A stretch of DNA of 64,000 bases from Thermoanaerobaculia bacterium (GTDB lineage Bacteria; Acidobacteriota; Thermoanaerobaculia; Multivoradales; UBA5704), in NCBI GenBank assembly GCA_044226625.1, contig JBGAGQ010000019.1:1-64000 (forward strand), given 5' to 3'. The translations under genes and the position numbers were made by a program. Below are positions 59,585-64,000 of this stretch, piece by piece. How positions within the stretch are numbered: the first letter of the stretch is position 1; every line of letters starts with the position of its first letter. The notes below the pieces were generated by a model. That model made no database searches. It saw only the letters and a list, made by a program, of their open reading frames with translations, and was not told where the DNA came from.

Positions 59585-61156
59585 ATGTCGGAGACGGCGG
59601 ACGGCGGCCCGGCGAGGGAGAAACAGGCGGCGCGCGAGGACGGCGCCGCGGGAGCTCCCGCCGCCGCGTCGGGCCCCGGGCCGGCGGGCTCCGAGCTTCG
59701 CGTCGCTCGGTTCTTCGCCGTCCTCGCGATGACCGGGCTCGCCGCGGCTGCGATCTGCGGCGCGGGATGGTGGCGCGCCTCGCGCGGGCGCTCGGATCTC
59801 GCGTCGCTCTCTCCGGCCGCGCGGCAGGCGCTGTTCGAGGAGGCGCTCCACGACAACCCGGGAGCCTTCGTCCCGACCTGGTATGCCCCGGCGATCGCCT
59901 ACACGCTCCGCCCGGGGCAGCGCATCTCGGCCTGGGACGACACGTTCACGGCGAACGTTCTGGGCTATCGCACCGGCCCGCCCGCCAAAGCGCCGGGGAC
60001 GTTCCGCGTCGTCTTCGTTGGCGACTCCTGGACCTTCGGCATGGGGATTAAGGAAGAGGAGTCGTTTCCCCGCCAGTTCCAGGCGCTCGCCGAACAGCTC
60101 GGCGCCTCGCCCGGTCGCCCGGTCGAGGCCTGGACCTTGGCGTTGCCGGGATACAACACGCTGAACGAGGTGGCGGCGCTCGAGTACTTCTATCCTCGCC
60201 TCCAGCCGGACGCGGTGGTCCTCGCGCCGTGCAGCAACGACATGGACACCTCGGCCGTGGTGCTGCCGAACGGCTCGCTCGCCCGATCGCAGGCCGAGAG
60301 CGACGAGTTCGGCGACGACCACTCCCGCGTCTACCGGAATCATCAGGTCGCTTCCTACACGTTCCTCGAGCGTTGGCGCGCCTGTTTTCGCGCGATCCAT
60401 GCCGAGGAGGAGCGCCTCGCGGCGCGCAAGGTCCCCCTTCTTCTCTTCTTCACCGCGATCTGGGAGGAGCCGTTCGTCCACCGGTTGATCGGCGAGGGAG
60501 GGGTGCGTGCGCCGTATGTGATCACGCCCAAGGCCTTCACCACCGGGCGCTGGCGCAACCCGCCCCCCTATCGCCACGGCACGCCCGAGGCGAATCGAGT
60601 CTTCGGCCGGATGGTCTATCGCGGCGTCGCCCAGACTCTGGGCTGGCCGCCGCCTCCGCCGGCGGGCGATGCGAGCGACGTCCGGGTCTTCACGGCCGTG
60701 CCGGCCGGCGACTGGCGGACGGCGAGCGACCGCCTGCTCGAATCCGAGACGGCGAAGGCGATCCCGGAAGCTTACGAGCCTGGGCCGGGACGAGACGATC
60801 AGTGTGTCGGGCCGATGGACTGCGCGAGCGGTCTTATCGGCCGGGCGACCACGGTCCTGGTCCGACGCCGCGCCGGAGCGCGGCGGCTGGTGGTCGAGCT
60901 ACGCCGGCTTCCTGAAGTCGGCCATCTTTATCCCTTGGCCGTCTCGCTCGGCATCCCCTCGCCCTCCGGGGGGACCCGGGCCGAGCTCACGTTCGAGGCG
61001 ACCGGGGCCGAGACGCGCAGCATCGCGATCGACCTGCCCGCGGACCTCCCCGTCGGCGCGGCGGTCGATCTGGTGGTTCGAGCATCGGCGTCGGCGATCG
61101 CGCCGGACGGCTTTTCGAGCCGTTCGGCACGCATCGTGCAAATCCGTCAGGAGTGA
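59585..61156 (+). CDS. Membrane-anchored SGNH hydrolase-family protein
   Basis: VFVGDSWTFG, PGYNT, ND and HG blocks; N-terminal TM helix. Confidence 0.7.
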   Translation: MSETADGGPAREKQAAREDGAAGAPAAASGPGPAGSELRVARFFAVLAMTGLAAAAICGAGWWRASRGRSDLASLSPAARQALFEEALHDNPGAFVPTWYAPAIAYTLRPGQRISAWDDTFTANVLGYRTGPPAKAPGTFRVVFVGDSWTFGMGIKEEESFPRQFQALAEQLGASPGRPVEAWTLALPGYNTLNEVAALEYFYPRLQPDAVVLAPCSNDMDTSAVVLPNGSLARSQAESDEFGDDHSRVYRNHQVASYTFLERWRACFRAIHAEEERLAARKVPLLLFFTAIWEEPFVHRLIGEGGVRAPYVITPKAFTTGRWRNPPPYRHGTPEANRVFGRMVYRGVAQTLGWPPPPPAGDASDVRVFTAVPAGDWRTASDRLLESETAKAIPEAYEPGPGRDDQCVGPMDCASGLIGRATTVLVRRRAGARRLVVELRRLPEVGHLYPLAVSLGIPSPSGGTRAELTFEATGAETRSIAIDLPADLPVGAAVDLVVRASASAIAPDGFSSRSARIVQIRQE

Positions 61157-61176
61157 GATCTAGGAAGGGGGTCGGT

Positions 61177-61548
61177 TCAACGGCCGAGCGCTTGCTCGAT
61201 CGCGATGCGGATGCGCGCCTCGAGGTCCGCCTCGGTCGGGACGGGGATCTCGGGCGTCGCCCCCTGCGTCTCGCCCCCGCGGGCCTGGAGCCGCTCGACG
61301 AGGTCCCGGCTCCGGTCCCCGTAGCTCGGCGCGGGAAACAGGGCGCCGAAATACAAATGGTCGGGCACCTCGAGGTGATGGAGCGCCTCGAGCAACAGGC
61401 GGAGGGTGAGCTCCTCTCGCTCCTCGAGCACCGCCTCGAGACCGCGGAGGCGGGGCGAGCGAGCCTGGAGCGACGCCACCGTCTGGCCGGAGGATCGGAT
61501 CAGGGCGTCGAGCAGGCGGAGCGCCTGGGCGGCTTGATCGTCGGGCAT
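61177..61548 (-). CDS. Small helical protein, possibly a degenerate XRE-like HTH
   Basis: LLDALIRSSG...ELTLRLLLEALHHLEV; GGAGG RBS. Confidence 0.45.
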   Translation of the reverse strand: MPDDQAAQALRLLDALIRSSGQTVASLQARSPRLRGLEAVLEEREELTLRLLLEALHHLEVPDHLYFGALFPAPSYGDRSRDLVERLQARGGETQGATPEIPVPTEADLEARIRIAIEQALGR

Positions 61549-61729
61549 GGGCGAAGTGTACCAGCCCTCCTGCTGCCCGGTTCGACGAATCCGGGGGAGG
61601 GAGGGGGCCGAGGCGGTGGAAGTCGGACGCGGTGGGGCGCCGGAACAGGGGCTAAAGCGCCTTGCCGAAAGAGGTATCCGAGTGTAGAGTCAGGTAACGA
61701 TTTCATATATCAATAGGCGTATCTCCGCC

Positions 61730-61758
61730 TTGACATCGGTGTTTTTTGCTGGTAGCTT
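61730..61758 (+). promoter_or_regulatory. Putative sigma70 promoter of the pilMNO operon
   Basis: TTGACA-17-TAGCTT in an AT-rich intergenic region. Confidence 0.6.
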
Positions 61759-61824
61759 CCAGTGAAGCTTTAACCCTTTCTCTGTAACCGGCCTTGTACA
61801 AAGGGCTTTTGGGGGCAAACCGCG

Positions 61825-62883
61825 GTGTTCTTCTCGCGCTCGAAGGGTGTCGTGGGGCTCGACATAGGGAGCTCGGCCATCAAACTGGTCGAGTTGAAGG
61901 AACGAAAGGCCGGTGAGTTCCACCTCCAGCGCCTGGGCGTCGAGCCGCTGTCGCCCGAGGCGATCGTGGACGGGTCGGTCATGGACTCGGCGTTGGTGGT
62001 CGACGCCATCCACCGCCTGAACGACCAGACCAAGGTCAAGAACACCAACTACGCCACCTCGCTGTCGGGTCACTCCGTCATCATCAAGAAGATCCAGCTC
62101 CCGGCGATGCCGCGCGAGGAGCTGGCCGAGTCGATCCAGTGGGAGGCGGAGCAGTACATCCCGTTCGACATCAACGACGTCCGTCTCGACTACGTCGTCC
62201 TCTCCGACGGCGAGCCGGGGCGCGACCAGATGGACGTGCTGCTCGTCGCGGTCAAGCTCGACAAGATCAACGACTACGTTTCGGTCGTGCGCCAGACGGG
62301 CAAGGTGCCGTCGCTGATCGACGTCGACGCCTTCGCGGTGCAGAACTGCTACGAGGTCAACTATGACCTCGACACGAGGAAGACCGTCGCCCTGATCAAC
62401 ATGGGCGCCGCGGTCACCAACATCAACATCCTGTCGCGGGGAACGACCGTCTTCTGGCGCGACATCTCGTTCGGCGGCAACCAGTTCACGGAGTCCCTGC
62501 AGCGCGACCTGAACCTCTCCTTCGACCAGTCCGAGACGCTCAAGCGCGGCCAGCCGGTCGATCGCTACTCGCCGAACGACGCGCGCAACGTGCTCGACGC
62601 GGTGTCGGGCGACATGGCGAGCGAAATTCGAAAGACCTTCGACTTCTTCTCCGCCACCTCTTCCGAGGGGCCGGTCGACGAGCTGATGCTGTCGGGCGGG
62701 TGCGCGCTCACGCCGAACCTCGCGCAGGTCCTGCGCGAGCGGTTCGGGATTCCGGTCGAGATCCTGAATCCCTTCCGGCGTGTGCGGTTCAACGAGAAGG
62801 ACTTCGACGCCGCATGGCTGCAGTCGGTGGCGCCGATGATGGCCATCGCGGTCGGGTTGGCGATCCGCAAGCTGGGAGACTAG
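61825..62883 (+). CDS. pilM: Type IV pilus assembly protein PilM
   Basis: VGLDIGSSAIKLVEL, EAEQYIPF, LSGG, VGLAIR. Confidence 0.95.
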   Translation: MFFSRSKGVVGLDIGSSAIKLVELKERKAGEFHLQRLGVEPLSPEAIVDGSVMDSALVVDAIHRLNDQTKVKNTNYATSLSGHSVIIKKIQLPAMPREELAESIQWEAEQYIPFDINDVRLDYVVLSDGEPGRDQMDVLLVAVKLDKINDYVSVVRQTGKVPSLIDVDAFAVQNCYEVNYDLDTRKTVALINMGAAVTNINILSRGTTVFWRDISFGGNQFTESLQRDLNLSFDQSETLKRGQPVDRYSPNDARNVLDAVSGDMASEIRKTFDFFSATSSEGPVDELMLSGGCALTPNLAQVLRERFGIPVEILNPFRRVRFNEKDFDAAWLQSVAPMMAIAVGLAIRKLGD

Positions 62884-62887
62884 CGCG

Positions 62888-63541
62888 ATGATCAAGATCA
62901 ACCTGATCGCCGAGGGGAAGCGGCCGACCTCGGTACGCAAGATCAAGCCGGTTCTGGAGGGCAAGGACCTCGCCCAATGGGCGCTCGGCGTTTCGATCCT
63001 CCTCTGCCTCATCGGCTTCGGCATCTGGTGGTGGCTCTTGAACCGTCAGATCGCGACCAAGGATGCCGAGATCGCCGAGGCCCAGCGGAAGGTCGAAGAG
63101 CTCGCGCCGGTGATCCGGCAAGTCGAGGATTTCAAGCGGAAGAAAGAGGAGATCGAGCGCAAGCTCGGCGTGATCGACAGCCTGAAGAGCGCGCAGCGCG
63201 GGCCCGTCCACGTGATGGACGACATCTCGCGCGCGCTGCCCGAGCTGCTTTGGCTCGACCGGCTGCGGATGACCTCCTCCAACATCGAGCTCGAAGGGCA
63301 CGCCTTCAACACCAACGCGGTGGCGAACTTCATCGAGAACCTCGACAAGATGCCGGCCTTCGAAGAGCCGACGCTCCGCTCGACCGAGGAACAGGCGGGC
63401 GGCGTCTACCACTTCGTCCTCGACTTCAACTACTCGTTCGCGCAGAAGCCGGCGGCCACGGCGGAGACCGCCCCCGCCGCCGGTGGTCCGGCGGCCGCTC
63501 CGCCCATTCCGCCCGCGCCGGCCGCGGCGCCCGCGAGCTAA
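62888..63541 (+). CDS. pilN: Type IV pilus assembly protein PilN
   Basis: MIKINL, TM helix, coiled coil, LPELLWL. Confidence 0.9.
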   Translation: MIKINLIAEGKRPTSVRKIKPVLEGKDLAQWALGVSILLCLIGFGIWWWLLNRQIATKDAEIAEAQRKVEELAPVIRQVEDFKRKKEEIERKLGVIDSLKSAQRGPVHVMDDISRALPELLWLDRLRMTSSNIELEGHAFNTNAVANFIENLDKMPAFEEPTLRSTEEQAGGVYHFVLDFNYSFAQKPAATAETAPAAGGPAAAPPIPPAPAAAPAS

Positions 63542-63551
63542 AGGAAGAACC

Positions 63552-64000
63552 GTGAAGACCGGACTCGAAGGCAAGCCCTGGTACTACGGCTTTGGCGTCG
63601 GCCTCCTGGTCGGCGCCGTCCTGCTGCTCGCCGGCTACTTCTTGAAGCTCGCGCCGATGAAGGAAGAGATCGAATCGAAGGCGTCGCAGCTCGCGGAGCT
63701 GCAGCGGAAGATCCAAGAGGGTCTGACCTTCCAGGCCGATCTGCCGCGCCTGCAGGAGGACGTCCGCAACCTCGAGCTGAAGCTCGACAAGTCGTTGCGC
63801 ATCCTGCCGACCCGCCGCAACACGCCCGACCTCCTGCGCAAGATCCGTTCGCTCGCCGAAGCGGGCGATTTCGACCTCAAGCGCTTCACCCCGGGCGGGC
63901 TCTCGGACAAGGATTTCTACAGCGAATGGCCGATTGCGGTAGGCGTCGAAGGCGGATACCACAGCCTGGCGCTGTTCTTCGACAAGATCAGCAACTTCTC
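63552..64000 (+). CDS. pilO: Type IV pilus assembly protein PilO (3'-partial)
   Basis: GTG 63552; TM helix, coiled coil, ILPTRRNTPDLL, FYSEWPI.V.VEGGYH; follows pilN. Confidence 0.88.
   Translation, partial: MKTGLEGKPWYYGFGVGLLVGAVLLLAGYFLKLAPMKEEIESKASQLAELQRKIQEGLTFQADLPRLQEDVRNLELKLDKSLRILPTRRNTPDLLRKIRSLAEAGDFDLKRFTPGGLSDKDFYSEWPIAVGVEGGYHSLALFFDKISNF

Overview
High-GC bacterial chromosomal segment. The gene repertoire (IPTL-CTERM secreted protein, YfhO/GT-C membrane proteins, XRE-TPR regulators, mglBA, Sec-type Rhs) suggests an Acidobacterium, possibly Thermoanaerobaculia; this is inference. Left to right: (1) 1-14.5 kb, surface-glycan modification genes (GT4, UbiA-type phosphoribosyltransferase, two GT-C-like proteins, GT2, methyltransferase, carbamoyltransferase/SxtJ/SxtK-like/SGNH cassette). 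(2) 14.8-23.5 kb, LamG protein, MFS, SrkA-like kinase, cysteine synthase family enzyme and a large IPTL-CTERM protein. (3) 23.6-32.6 kb, a co-oriented minus-strand cluster: Ser/Thr kinase-TPR, cyclase-STAND-TPR, two paralogous small proteins sharing a VAAIIM motif, YcaO and TfuA. This is a candidate new thioamide RiPP or protein-thioamidation system coupled to signalling. (4) 32.8-42.3 kb, housekeeping genes (mpl, mglB-mglA, yvcK, glmU, glmS). (5) 42.3-56.1 kb, a partly lower-GC island starting right after glmS. It holds a 21-bp tandem array, an XRE-HTH, a secreted peptide ending GCMVDPMGLC, an XRE-TPR regulator, three copies of a GTCG-W6-CGAC operator-like palindrome, and a signal-peptide Rhs toxin with an orphan toxin/immunity array that includes a putative ADP-ribosyltransferase/macrodomain pair. 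(6) 56-64 kb, GT-C, ftsB, eno, SGNH and pilMNO. All calls come from reading motifs by eye; no database searches were run.
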